This document shows positions 1 through 9,193 of a stretch of DNA of 64,000 nucleotides, piece by piece. Source of the stretch: an uncultured delta proteobacterium. Its GTDB lineage: Bacteria; Desulfobacterota; Desulfuromonadia; Geobacterales; Pseudopelobacteraceae. The stretch is taken from NCBI GenBank assembly GCA_963772835.1, contig CAVYYZ010000003.1, positions 1-64,000 of the forward strand. The letters run 5' to 3'. Below the pieces are notes generated by a model. That model ran no database searches, was not told the origin of the DNA, and saw only the letters and a program-made list of their open reading frames with translations. The stretch's first letter is position 1. Every line of letters starts with the position of its first letter. Made by a program: the position numbers and the translations under genes.

Positions 1-330
1 CGCGAACACTAAACCGCTTGCGTCTTTCTCAATTACCATCCATTCAATCAGGCGTTCGCAGTCGTTATGGACATTTTTGTAGTCTCGTTTGAGTTGTCGG
101 GCTAGTTCGGCTGTCGACATCGCGCCGCCTTCCCGCAATGCGCCGATCAACTCCCAGCGCTTCGGGGTAAACACCGAAAATAACTCACCCACATCATTGA
201 AACCGACACCAAAATAGGGTTTGTTAGGTTTCCCCTCACTGACGGATAGCAGTGCGGCACTGGCGCGGGCCAAGCTGGCTGATATAGGCTCGCCGACAGT
301 CAGGTGTAGTACAGAGTTGTCAGCATTCAA
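1..330 (-). CDS. HTH transcriptional regulator / putative antitoxin (HVO_A0114-like), runs off the window start
   Basis: Not in the ORF track; translated by hand from TTG at 330 (AGGAGG upstream, overlaps the TGA of the upstream gene): MNADNSVLHLTVGE...FTPKRWELIGALREGGAMSTAELARQLKRDYKNVHNDCERL. The 'TPKRWEL...ELARxLxRDYKNVH.D' HTH pattern is typical of this family. Confidence 0.75.
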   Translation of the reverse strand, partial: MNADNSVLHLTVGEPISASLARASAALLSVSEGKPNKPYFGVGFNDVGELFSVFTPKRWELIGALREGGAMSTAELARQLKRDYKNVHNDCERLIEWMVIEKDASGLVFA

Positions 331-611
331 TTTGTTGCCTCCTTTACGTCTTGCCAGAAATCTTCCAGTAATTTGATTTCATTGATAAAGTTATAATCTT
401 TTTCGATTTCACCCAGATGTTTGTGGTCGCCTTTACCACGTTCATTGTCATAGCCGATTATGCGTATGCCATTGCGAATAAACACAAAATGGTACTTGAA
501 CGGGTGTTCTGAGGGCGGAACGGGTTCAGGTACTCTCCAGATAACCAGCTCAACGAAGCCTCCAGCGTTGCTCCGTTTCTCACGATAAAGTAGTTCAGCA
601 TTCGTGTTCAT
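327..611 (-). CDS. DUF6516 / TumE-like putative toxin
   Basis: 94 aa from ATG 611; motifs 'VIWRVPEPVPPSEHPFKY' and 'GYDNERGKGDHKH'; translationally coupled to the HTH gene. Confidence 0.7.
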   Translation of the reverse strand: MNTNAELLYREKRSNAGGFVELVIWRVPEPVPPSEHPFKYHFVFIRNGIRIIGYDNERGKGDHKHLGEIEKDYNFINEIKLLEDFWQDVKEATN

Positions 612-696
612 AGGTGGATTATGGGCGCTACCGATTATGGTATCAAGAACCATGATCCTTCCTCCTCACGCACTTCCCAAGCAACGTCCGCGCCAA

Positions 697-789
697 ATGC
701 GCAGCCAGCCATTCCGCCATCTCGCCGGAATACTTGCCAATCCTGGTAAGCTCATGGGAAAAGTTAATGCCGTGAATCAGGATGCGCAA
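697..789 (-). pseudogene. N-terminal remnant of a WcaI-like GT4 glycosyltransferase
   Basis: LRILIHGINFSHELTRIGKYSGEMAEWLAAH closely resembles the WcaI N-terminus as I recall it (MKILVYGINYSPELTGIGKYTGEMVEWLAAQ); similarity ends after about 31 codons. Confidence 0.7.
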
Positions 790-909
790 ATGTTGGCGGC
801 TGTGTAAATCCGCGTAAATATGGCGCAGCTTGAGGGTTGCCCCCGGCAGGCAGCACAAAGGGCACGAATGTGCCCTTTGCCTTGTGTTGCAATGAAATGC
901 GCCGAGCGC

Positions 910-1140
910 TCAGAACGGCGGATCTGTAGCGCTGATATTCACAGAGTTTGATTCATCCTGCACACCACGCTGTTCACGTAGTAAATCCTGTATCGGCATT
1001 TGGTAGCGTTGCCAGATCACCTCACGCAGATCATCGAGCAACTCAATCACCGCCAACACCTGATCTGGCGACCAGTCTTCCTGAATGTGGAAGGGTATCC
1101 CACGCTGTAATCCGGAGGGTAATAGCCAGGGTTTCATCAT
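910..1140 (-). CDS. Small IS-associated hypothetical protein (76 aa)
   Basis: ATGA overlap with the istB stop, AAGGAG RBS; amphipathic '[21 protein letters not shown]' helix. Confidence 0.6.
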   Translation of the reverse strand: MMKPWLLPSGLQRGIPFHIQEDWSPDQVLAVIELLDDLREVIWQRYQMPIQDLLREQRGVQDESNSVNISATDPPF

Positions 1141-1253
1141 TTCTCCTTGCGCGGTTTGCGGGTACGCTGCTCGGCACGTTCCTTTGCTTCTTTCAAGCGG
1201 TAGGACTCGCCTTCGATTGCCACTACCTCCGAGTGATGCACTAGGCGATCAAC
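1137..1253 (-). pseudogene. istB: IstB (IS21 helper ATPase) C-terminal 38 residues
   Basis: Hand translation [38 protein letters not shown]; the 'DRLxHH...IxGxSYR' signature. Confidence 0.85.
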
Positions 1254-2125
1254 GAATCCGCGACCATTTTGTCGGCACCGCAGTTTTTCTGTGCTCGATC
1301 ATCAATGCGAAATCGGGGCGGTGTGCGGAAAACTGCGCCTTCTGCGCACAGTCTGCCCACCATGACACCGCTGCACCGGAATATGCGCTGGTCGATGAGG
1401 ATGAAATGGTGCGCTGCGCTGCGCTGGCGGAGGAAAACGGCGCCGGCTGCTATGGCATCGTTACCAGCGGCACCAGTATTAATAAGGCCGAGGAGCTTGA
1501 TCGCGTCTGCCGGACGGTTGCCCGCATCAAGGCCGAAACCGGCATTTCCCCCTCCTGCTCGCTCGGGATTCTTGACGAGGAGACTGCACTGCGACTGAAA
1601 CATGCCGGCATGGATACGTATCACCACAACCTTGAGACGGCCCGCAGCTTCTTTCCACAGATCTGTACGACCCATGATTATGAGGATGACGTCGCTACGA
1701 TACGCGCCGCCAAAGCGGTCGGCCTGCGAGTCTGCTGCGGCGGCATTTTCGGTCTGGGGGAATCGTTTGAACAGAGGATCGAGATGGCGCTGACACTGCG
1801 CGAACTGAATGTGGAATCGATTCCGCTTAATTTTCTGAATCCGGTGGCCGGAACGCGGCTCGAACATGCCGACAATCTCACTCCGCTGGAATGCCTGTCG
1901 ATTATCTCTGTCTACCGCTTTCTGCTGCCGGACAGACGGCTGTCCGTCTGCGGGGGGCGTGAGAAGAACCTGCGCGAACTGCAGTCCTGGATGTTTCTGG
2001 CCGGAGCCAATGGGACGATGACCGGTAATTATCTGACGACTCCCGGTCGACCTCCCGAGCTTGACCGGCAGATGCTGAAGGATCTTGACATACCGGTTGA
2101 GGGATGCTGCGGAGCAGAGGAGTGA
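1253..2125 (+). CDS. bioB: Biotin synthase, native N-terminus missing (frame open from 1085 through antisense IS DNA)
   Basis: Radical SAM motif [28 protein letters not shown]; BioB-like sequence starts only at RIRDHF (1253). Confidence 0.9.
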   Translation, partial: RIRDHFVGTAVFLCSIINAKSGRCAENCAFCAQSAHHDTAAPEYALVDEDEMVRCAALAEENGAGCYGIVTSGTSINKAEELDRVCRTVARIKAETGISPSCSLGILDEETALRLKHAGMDTYHHNLETARSFFPQICTTHDYEDDVATIRAAKAVGLRVCCGGIFGLGESFEQRIEMALTLRELNVESIPLNFLNPVAGTRLEHADNLTPLECLSIISVYRFLLPDRRLSVCGGREKNLRELQSWMFLAGANGTMTGNYLTTPGRPPELDRQMLKDLDIPVEGCCGAEE

Positions 2126-2844
2126 TGGCTGCGCGCGGAATTTTTGTTACCGGCACCGACACCGGGGTCGGGAAGACGATTGTCGCGGCGACACTGGCAC
2201 GTCTGCTCCGGATGAACGGCGTTTCGGTCGGAGTCATGAAACCGGTTACCAGCGGCTGCCCCGAGGTTTCCGGCACGCTGGTTTCCGACGACGCCCTGCT
2301 GCTCTGTCAGGCGGCAGGCATCGTTTTTTCTGACGATGTTGCACCGTACCGGCTGCGTGAAGCGACGGCTCCGGCTGAAGCGGCCAGGTGTGACTCCGTC
2401 AGGATCGATTTTTCGGTCATCAAGGCTGCGTTTGACCGTGTAACGGCGGAATATCAGTATGTCATTGTAGAAGGTGCGGGGGGGCTTATGGTGCCGCTGT
2501 CAGGGGGGCTGCTGATCGCCGATCTGGCCCGCGAACTCGGTCTGCCGCTGCTGGTCGTTGCCCGTCCGGGACTGGGCACTATCAACCACACCGTTCTCAC
2601 CTGTTTTGCCGCGCAGCAGATGGGACTCCGGGTGGCCGGTGTTATCGTAAACGGCATGCCGGAAGATCCGGGGCCGGCGGAGCGGGGGGCTCCCCATCAG
2701 ATCGGTTCGCTCTGCGGCGCTCCGGTGCTGGGTGTGTGGCCCCGGAAAAATGAAATTGACGAGATGGAGATGGTGGATGAACTGGCCGTCTGGCTTGACG
2801 GCCAGGCGGAAACGGCAATTGTTCTGCGCGAACTGGGGGTGTGA
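2125..2844 (+). CDS. bioD: Dethiobiotin synthetase
   Basis: IFVTGTDTGVGKT, KPV, EGAGG, LGTINHT; TGATG overlap with bioB. Confidence 0.95.
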   Translation: MAARGIFVTGTDTGVGKTIVAATLARLLRMNGVSVGVMKPVTSGCPEVSGTLVSDDALLLCQAAGIVFSDDVAPYRLREATAPAEAARCDSVRIDFSVIKAAFDRVTAEYQYVIVEGAGGLMVPLSGGLLIADLARELGLPLLVVARPGLGTINHTVLTCFAAQQMGLRVAGVIVNGMPEDPGPAERGAPHQIGSLCGAPVLGVWPRKNEIDEMEMVDELAVWLDGQAETAIVLRELGV

Positions 2845-2848
2845 AAAT

Positions 2849-2903
2849 TCAATTTTGAATTTTGAATTTTGAATGCTGAATGCTGATAGCCGAATGCTGA
2901 TTT
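2849..2903. repeat. Heptamer tandem repeats (AATTTTG x3, then AATGCTG units)
   Basis: aattttgaattttgaattttgaatgctgaatgctgatagccgaatgctga read directly. Confidence 0.85.
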
Positions 2904-2949
2904 GAACTTGACTGATTTGCGTGGAAACATGTATTGTTCACACATATAA

Positions 2950-4260
<1,311 letters not shown>

Positions 4261-4288
4261 GCCGGGTTTTAAAATTACAGGCGATTTA

Positions 4289-4788
4289 ACAGGGATAAAG
4301 GAGATAAAGGCAGGCTTTTGAAAGCAATTATGAATGTTGAATTTGACTCCAGTGGGCCTAAATGAATGTTGAATTGAAAGACAATTTGTCCACGAAATAC
4401 ACGAAATACGGAAAAAGGCGGCTTTTAACGGCAATTTTGGATTTGACCCCAGTGGGCCTAAATGAATTTTGAATTTTGAATTGAACGTCAAAGGCGTTTT
4501 CACGGTAGGGGCGCACTGACGTGCGCCCTGTTTCTGATGGTATATATGTTGATTTTGGGTGTGTGCAATACCGGGCGCACGCAGTGCGCCCCTACGGAAC
4601 AGTGAAATAAATAGTGCGGGAATATGTTCATCTCCGGCGGGTCACCAGTTTTTTATGCCGGCATTATTTCAAAATTCCGCACTCCGCATTCCGCATTCCG
4701 CATTTCACAGTTCGTGAATTCCGTGGACAGAAGAGATTCAAAGTCTGTGGTTATAAGGTGCCATCCCCTTAATCCCCTTCATCCCTGT
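4289..4788. repeat. Nested inverted-repeat cluster (four layers) containing a GTAG-type REP doublet
   Basis: Arms 4289-4305/4772-4788, 4387-4405/4711-4729, heptamer arrays 4464-4483/4668-4704, REP pair 4505-4528/4573-4595. Confidence 0.85.
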
Positions 4789-4858
4789 AACGTGATTTCA
4801 GTGTGGTATGGTGGTTCCATAGAGCCGGACTGCTGCAAATTAAATTTCATATCCGACG

Positions 4859-4887
4859 GGCAACCTCTTGTGGTTGCCTTTTTTTTT
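4859..4887 (+). terminator. Intrinsic terminator (probably of metY)
   Basis: GGCAACC-tcttgt-GGTTGCC followed by T9. Confidence 0.75.
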
Positions 4888-4945
4888 GTGTAGTATCAGA
4901 AACTTCGAGGTATCACCCATACGCCATGCAAAGGAGTTGTTTATA

Positions 4946-5314
4946 ATGTATATGCTGACGATCCGCACCAGTTTTGCCGCTGCTCATAACCTGATGAATT
5001 ATCAGGGGGATTGCGAAAATCTGCATGGTCACAACTGGAAAGTCGATGTAGCGGTCACCGCGAAGGAGCTGGATAAGGCCGGGCTGGGAATGGATTTCAA
5101 GGTCCTGAAACGTGAAGCGGGCGAGATTATCAACGAACTCGATCATAAATATCTTAATGAAAACCCCGCCTTCCGCGATATTTCCCCGTCGTCGGAACAT
5201 ATTTCAAAATATCTCTATCAGCGCATCTCCGAGCGACTGAATAATGACAACATCACCGTTGATTCGATTACGGTCTGGGAGTCGGACAACGCTTCCGCCC
5301 GTTATTATGAGTGA
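4946..5314 (+). CDS. queD: 6-carboxytetrahydropterin synthase
   Basis: FAAAHNL, CENLHGHNW, LDHKYLN, VWES; start at ATG 4946 after AAGGAG. Confidence 0.93.
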   Translation: MYMLTIRTSFAAAHNLMNYQGDCENLHGHNWKVDVAVTAKELDKAGLGMDFKVLKREAGEIINELDHKYLNENPAFRDISPSSEHISKYLYQRISERLNNDNITVDSITVWESDNASARYYE

Positions 5315-6056
5315 TCCGGTGTATGTCAGTGAAATATTTTCGTCCATACAGGGCGAAGGGATGCTGGCGGGGCGCAGGCAGATTTTTGTGCGGTTGATGG
5401 AGTGCAATCTCGATTGCCGTTATTGCGACACCGATTTTAAAAAAACGGACATCTGCCGGCTGGAATCGAAGCCCGGTTCAGGCTCGTTTATTGACATTCA
5501 CCAGCCGCTGCCGCTGCGTAAAATCTCCGCTGTTTTTGATCAGTGGCTGATGCAGCTGCCGGGGGCGCATCATTCAATCAGTTTTACCGGGGGAGAGCCT
5601 CTTTTGTCTGCGGATGCTCTCGCAAAGTGGTTTCCTGAAATCAGGAAAACCCTGCCGATTCATCTTGAAACTAACGGCACCATGCACATTGCCCTCCGGC
5701 AGGTCAAGGAACATGTTGATTATATCAGCATGGACATGAAGCTCCCTTCCACCGCAGGGTGTACGGAACATCTCTGGGACCTGCATGCTCTTTTCCTGGC
5801 TGAGGCGCACGGATGCAACCTTTCTGTGAAAATAGTGGTGGGCGGGTCGACAACTGTGGATGAAATTTCACAGGTGTGCGACGTGATCTCTTCTGTTGAT
5901 GCGGCGGTGCCGCTTTTCCTGCAGCCGGTTACGATGCCGGACGGGACGGTCGGCATCACCGTCCCGCACATTCTGCGTCTGCAGGAACGGGCATCGTCCC
6001 GCCTTGCCGATGTCCGGGTAATTCCGCAGATGCACAAACAGTTGGGCGTGCTTTGA
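5307..6056 (+). CDS. queE: 7-carboxy-7-deazaguanine synthase (radical SAM)
   Basis: EIFSSIQGEG, CNLDCRYCDT, TGGEPL, LETNG, PQMHK; next to queD. Confidence 0.92.
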   Translation: MSDPVYVSEIFSSIQGEGMLAGRRQIFVRLMECNLDCRYCDTDFKKTDICRLESKPGSGSFIDIHQPLPLRKISAVFDQWLMQLPGAHHSISFTGGEPLLSADALAKWFPEIRKTLPIHLETNGTMHIALRQVKEHVDYISMDMKLPSTAGCTEHLWDLHALFLAEAHGCNLSVKIVVGGSTTVDEISQVCDVISSVDAAVPLFLQPVTMPDGTVGITVPHILRLQERASSRLADVRVIPQMHKQLGVL

Positions 6057-6430
6057 TTATTGAGACTCTAGTACTGGATTCTGGTCTCGGTATTACGCTG
6101 ACCGATGAGACCTGTCACTATTTCGGCGGCTACTACCATGTCAAGGTACATGTCCGCTGCGATATACCACTGGAGCAGGGCTATTTTGAAAATGCTGCCG
6201 AATTCAGCCGTGCCGTTGCGAAAATGGGGGCGTACGCCAGATTCGAACGGATTCTTGAAAAAATGGCTGTGCCCGAAGCGGAACTGGAATCGGTACGCAG
6301 TCAGTTGATACAGGCGTTCCATGAAACAACCAAAGTGTACCTGTCCATTCCTGATTTTGCTCCCCGCTTTGTCCGGAGTGAATATCAGAACTGTATTAAA
6401 AACTCCCGCATGAACAGCTTCCGGGAGTAA
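6053..6430 (+). CDS. Hypothetical protein
   Basis: 125 aa ORF overlapping the queE stop and abutting rlmD; 'HYFGGYYHV' motif. Confidence 0.7.
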   Translation: MIIETLVLDSGLGITLTDETCHYFGGYYHVKVHVRCDIPLEQGYFENAAEFSRAVAKMGAYARFERILEKMAVPEAELESVRSQLIQAFHETTKVYLSIPDFAPRFVRSEYQNCIKNSRMNSFRE

Positions 6431-6431
6431 C

Positions 6432-7745
6432 GTGTTGTTACCGATCGCAACTATTGACAGGCTTGCCTTTGGCGGCAACGGCGTCTGCCGGATTGATGGA
6501 AAGGTCTGTTTTGTCCCCTTCAGCTGTCCGGGTGATGAGCTCTCTCTCCGGATCACCGCTCAGAAAAAATCGTACTGCACGGCTGCTATAGCCGGGATTG
6601 TTTCCCCTTCTCCTTTCAGAACCGTTCCTGCATGTCCGGTTTTTGGCGTGTGTGGAGGCTGCAACTGGCAGCATATCAGCTATCCTGTCCAACTGGAGAG
6701 CAAGCGTGCCATCCTGGCAGAAACTCTGCGACGGGGCGCAGGTGTCCCGATAGAACGTGTCGAAGATGCTGTCGCCGCATCGTCGCAGTATGGCTACCGG
6801 AGCCGTCTTCAGTTCAAGGTATCCAGTGAAAACGGAGATATTCGAATCGGGTTTTACCGGCAGGGTTCGCATGTGGTGGCGGATGCGGCCGGCGGCTGTC
6901 CCATCGCCGAGCCGGTGGTCAATGATGTGTTGAACTGCTGCAGGTCGGTACTCCGGGACTATCCTGACGCAGACTCGGTATCGCAGCTCACGGTTGATGC
7001 CGGAGACAGCGGTGTGGTGGTCATCATACACCAAAACGGCGGGGATGCTTCGCGCGGCAGAGCGTACCTTCTTGGCCGGAGCGCTGATTTTGGCCCCTGC
7101 ACGGGACTCTTTCTCAAAACGGACAACCGGTCGCCCGGCGAAAAGCTGTGGGGGAGCCCTGAAATAACCTATCTGATGAGCAGGGTGGAACCGGCTCAAG
7201 AACCGGTGGTGCTCTCGTATCCGCCCGGCGGATTTGCGCAGGTGCACCGGCTGCAGAACAGTTCCATGCTCTCCGTCATCAGACGACTGGGACGATTTAC
7301 CGCTTCTGCACATCTTCTGGATCTGTACTGCGGCAACGGAAACTTTTCCATTCCTCTGGCCGGCGAAGTCGCTTCAGTGGTTGGAATCGAAGGAAATGCC
7401 GATTCAATACAGGCTGCAAAAGGAAATGCCGAACGTAACGGGATTGCCAATATTCAGTTTTTTTGTGATGATGTCGTTTCCGGAGTCCGCCGCCTCATTG
7501 ATCAGCGGCGAACGTTTGACACCGTTTTGCTCGATCCTCCGCGTTCGGGCGCCGGCGATGCGGTCGACGATATTGTCCGTCTGCAGCCGGATAAAATCAT
7601 CTATGTTTCCTGTGATCCCGCGACACTTGCACGGGATTGCGGACTGTTGGCCGGGCGCGGCTACCGGGTCGATGTATCTGTCCCTATCGATATGTTTCCC
7701 CAGACGTACCATATTGAAAGTGTGACGCTGCTCTGCAAAACGTAG
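6432..7745 (+). CDS. rlmD: 23S rRNA (uracil-C5)-methyltransferase RlmD/RumA
   Basis: TRAM N-terminus, Fe-S motif CPVFGVCGGC, LDLYCGNG, LDPPRSG, YVSCDPATLARD, DMFPQTYHIE. Confidence 0.9.
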   Translation: MLLPIATIDRLAFGGNGVCRIDGKVCFVPFSCPGDELSLRITAQKKSYCTAAIAGIVSPSPFRTVPACPVFGVCGGCNWQHISYPVQLESKRAILAETLRRGAGVPIERVEDAVAASSQYGYRSRLQFKVSSENGDIRIGFYRQGSHVVADAAGGCPIAEPVVNDVLNCCRSVLRDYPDADSVSQLTVDAGDSGVVVIIHQNGGDASRGRAYLLGRSADFGPCTGLFLKTDNRSPGEKLWGSPEITYLMSRVEPAQEPVVLSYPPGGFAQVHRLQNSSMLSVIRRLGRFTASAHLLDLYCGNGNFSIPLAGEVASVVGIEGNADSIQAAKGNAERNGIANIQFFCDDVVSGVRRLIDQRRTFDTVLLDPPRSGAGDAVDDIVRLQPDKIIYVSCDPATLARDCGLLAGRGYRVDVSVPIDMFPQTYHIESVTLLCKT

Positions 7746-7811
7746 AAGAAGAGTATCTTTTTATCGGGTAATAACAGTGTGGTTCCACATAGACACGAGA
7801 AGGGGTCAGTT

Positions 7812-8834
7812 GTGAGTTTTTTCAGCCGGTTGTTTTCAAAGTCCCCCGCGGATTTATTGGCCAGGGGTGACAAGTACATGGAGTCAGAGAGTTATTTTGA
7901 TGCCCGGACCTGTTATGAGGATGGCTTACAGCTCGGTCCCGGTGCGGACAATGCCGACTCTCATGCCGCGCTGTTTTCAGAACGGATTGATGCTGCAAAC
8001 CGCAAGCTTGCCGAGCGCAACCTGTATGAAGCCGAGAGTGCCTGGTCACGGGGAGACGCTGACAAGGCAGTTGATCATCTTGAGCTAGTAAAAACACTGA
8101 CTTATGATCCGGTTTTACGGGAAAAGGCGGAAAAACTGCTTCTTGATTATTCCGGGCCGGATGATGACCCGGGTGAGCGGATGCCCGTTTCATCATGTGG
8201 ATCATGTGCCGGTTCTTCCGCCGGTGACTCTGCCGATAGCGGGGATTCGCATGATTCGCTGCCGCTGCTGGAGTATTATGAACTGCTTATTCATCAATTG
8301 CCTGACGACGAGTATCTGCGCTATGCAGTATTGGGAGAGAAATTTGCATACGCGTACATCGCTGCCAGTCGCGACCTTCATGACGAAGCGTTATCCGGCT
8401 TCGAAAACTGCATTGATGCTCTGCCGCCCGATATATACCGGTATGAGAAGGGGAAAGTGCTGCACCGTCTCGGGAATGACCGGGAGGCGGAACAGAACCT
8501 TCGCTCGGCGATAGATTTGAATGGCGGTAATTCCCTTGCCTGGGTTGCTCTGGCACTGCTGCTGCTGGAGAACCATCGTTTTCAGGATGCTCTGACAACT
8601 GTTGAGGCTATGATTGCGGGAAACATCATGACTGAGCAGGCGCTCATGCTGCGTGCCGATATTTACGAGGCAACCGGGGACCATGAAGCTGCAATCAATC
8701 AGTATGTCGAGTTGCTGCAGACCCCGTATGTGCGCGCTGCGGCTGAAAAACTGTATGGACTTCTTCTTGATTGCGGCCGCCAGAGTGATGCCGCCGTCAT
8801 ATTTAAAAAATATATGAATAAATCCTGTCATTAA
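7812..8834 (+). CDS. Tetratricopeptide-repeat protein
   Basis: Repeated helical TPR patterns (YEKGKVLHRLGNDREA, RADIYEATGDHEAAINQY); GTG start after AAGGGG. Confidence 0.8.
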   Translation: MSFFSRLFSKSPADLLARGDKYMESESYFDARTCYEDGLQLGPGADNADSHAALFSERIDAANRKLAERNLYEAESAWSRGDADKAVDHLELVKTLTYDPVLREKAEKLLLDYSGPDDDPGERMPVSSCGSCAGSSAGDSADSGDSHDSLPLLEYYELLIHQLPDDEYLRYAVLGEKFAYAYIAASRDLHDEALSGFENCIDALPPDIYRYEKGKVLHRLGNDREAEQNLRSAIDLNGGNSLAWVALALLLLENHRFQDALTTVEAMIAGNIMTEQALMLRADIYEATGDHEAAINQYVELLQTPYVRAAAEKLYGLLLDCGRQSDAAVIFKKYMNKSCH

Positions 8835-8906
8835 TTTTCTGTTTCCTGGGGTAAGGTTGTCCATCGTTATTTTATCAGCCGGTACGGTTAGGATTATGGG
8901 GGGGGT

Positions 8907-9182
8907 ATGAACAAATCAGAACTTATTGAACAGTTGGCTCTGAAAAAAGATTTGCCGGTCAAGCGTGCGGAAGAGCTCGTTAATCTGATTTTCTCTTCCA
9001 TGGGCGAAGCCATGGTGCAGGGTGACCGCATTGAAATTCGTGGTCTGGGCAGTTTTGTCATCAAAGAGTATGGTACCTATACCGGCCGAAATCCGAAAAC
9101 AGGTGAGCCAATAAAGGTAAGTCCCAAAAAACTGCCTTTCTTTAAAGTAGGCAAAGAATTGAAAGAGATGGTACTCGGGTAA
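8907..9182 (+). CDS. ihfB: Integration host factor beta / HU-family protein
   Basis: MNKSELIE, GDRIEIRGLGSF, GRNPKTGE, PFFKVGKELKE. Confidence 0.9.
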   Translation: MNKSELIEQLALKKDLPVKRAEELVNLIFSSMGEAMVQGDRIEIRGLGSFVIKEYGTYTGRNPKTGEPIKVSPKKLPFFKVGKELKEMVLG

Positions 9183-9193
9183 TCGGCCTATGG

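Larger units (their letters stand above)
791..1253 (-). mobile_element. Truncated IS21-family element: right end, small downstream ORF and istB 3' tail
   Basis: istB C-terminus at 1137-1253; candidate terminus TGTTGGCGGCTGTGTAAATCCGCGTAAATATGGCGCAGC from 791 (IS21 ends are 5'-TG...CA-3'), abutting the WcaI remnant start. Confidence 0.65.

Noticed and set aside
1085..1252. Genuine N-terminal extension of BioB
   Set aside because: It is the antisense of istB and the IS small ORF, with no RBS
4341..4475. Possible CRISPR mini-array
   Set aside because: Only two repeats, a 65-nt spacer that is itself a repeat arm, and no cas genes in the window
4800..4945. preQ1 riboswitch upstream of queD
   Set aside because: No convincing preQ1 stem-loop with an A-rich tail; the hairpin is explained as the metY terminator. 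An Rfam scan would settle it.
6438..7313. Long antisense ORFs (also 16117-17010, 19790-20671, 50452-51411)
   Set aside because: Shadows of well-supported plus-strand genes with no recognisable motifs
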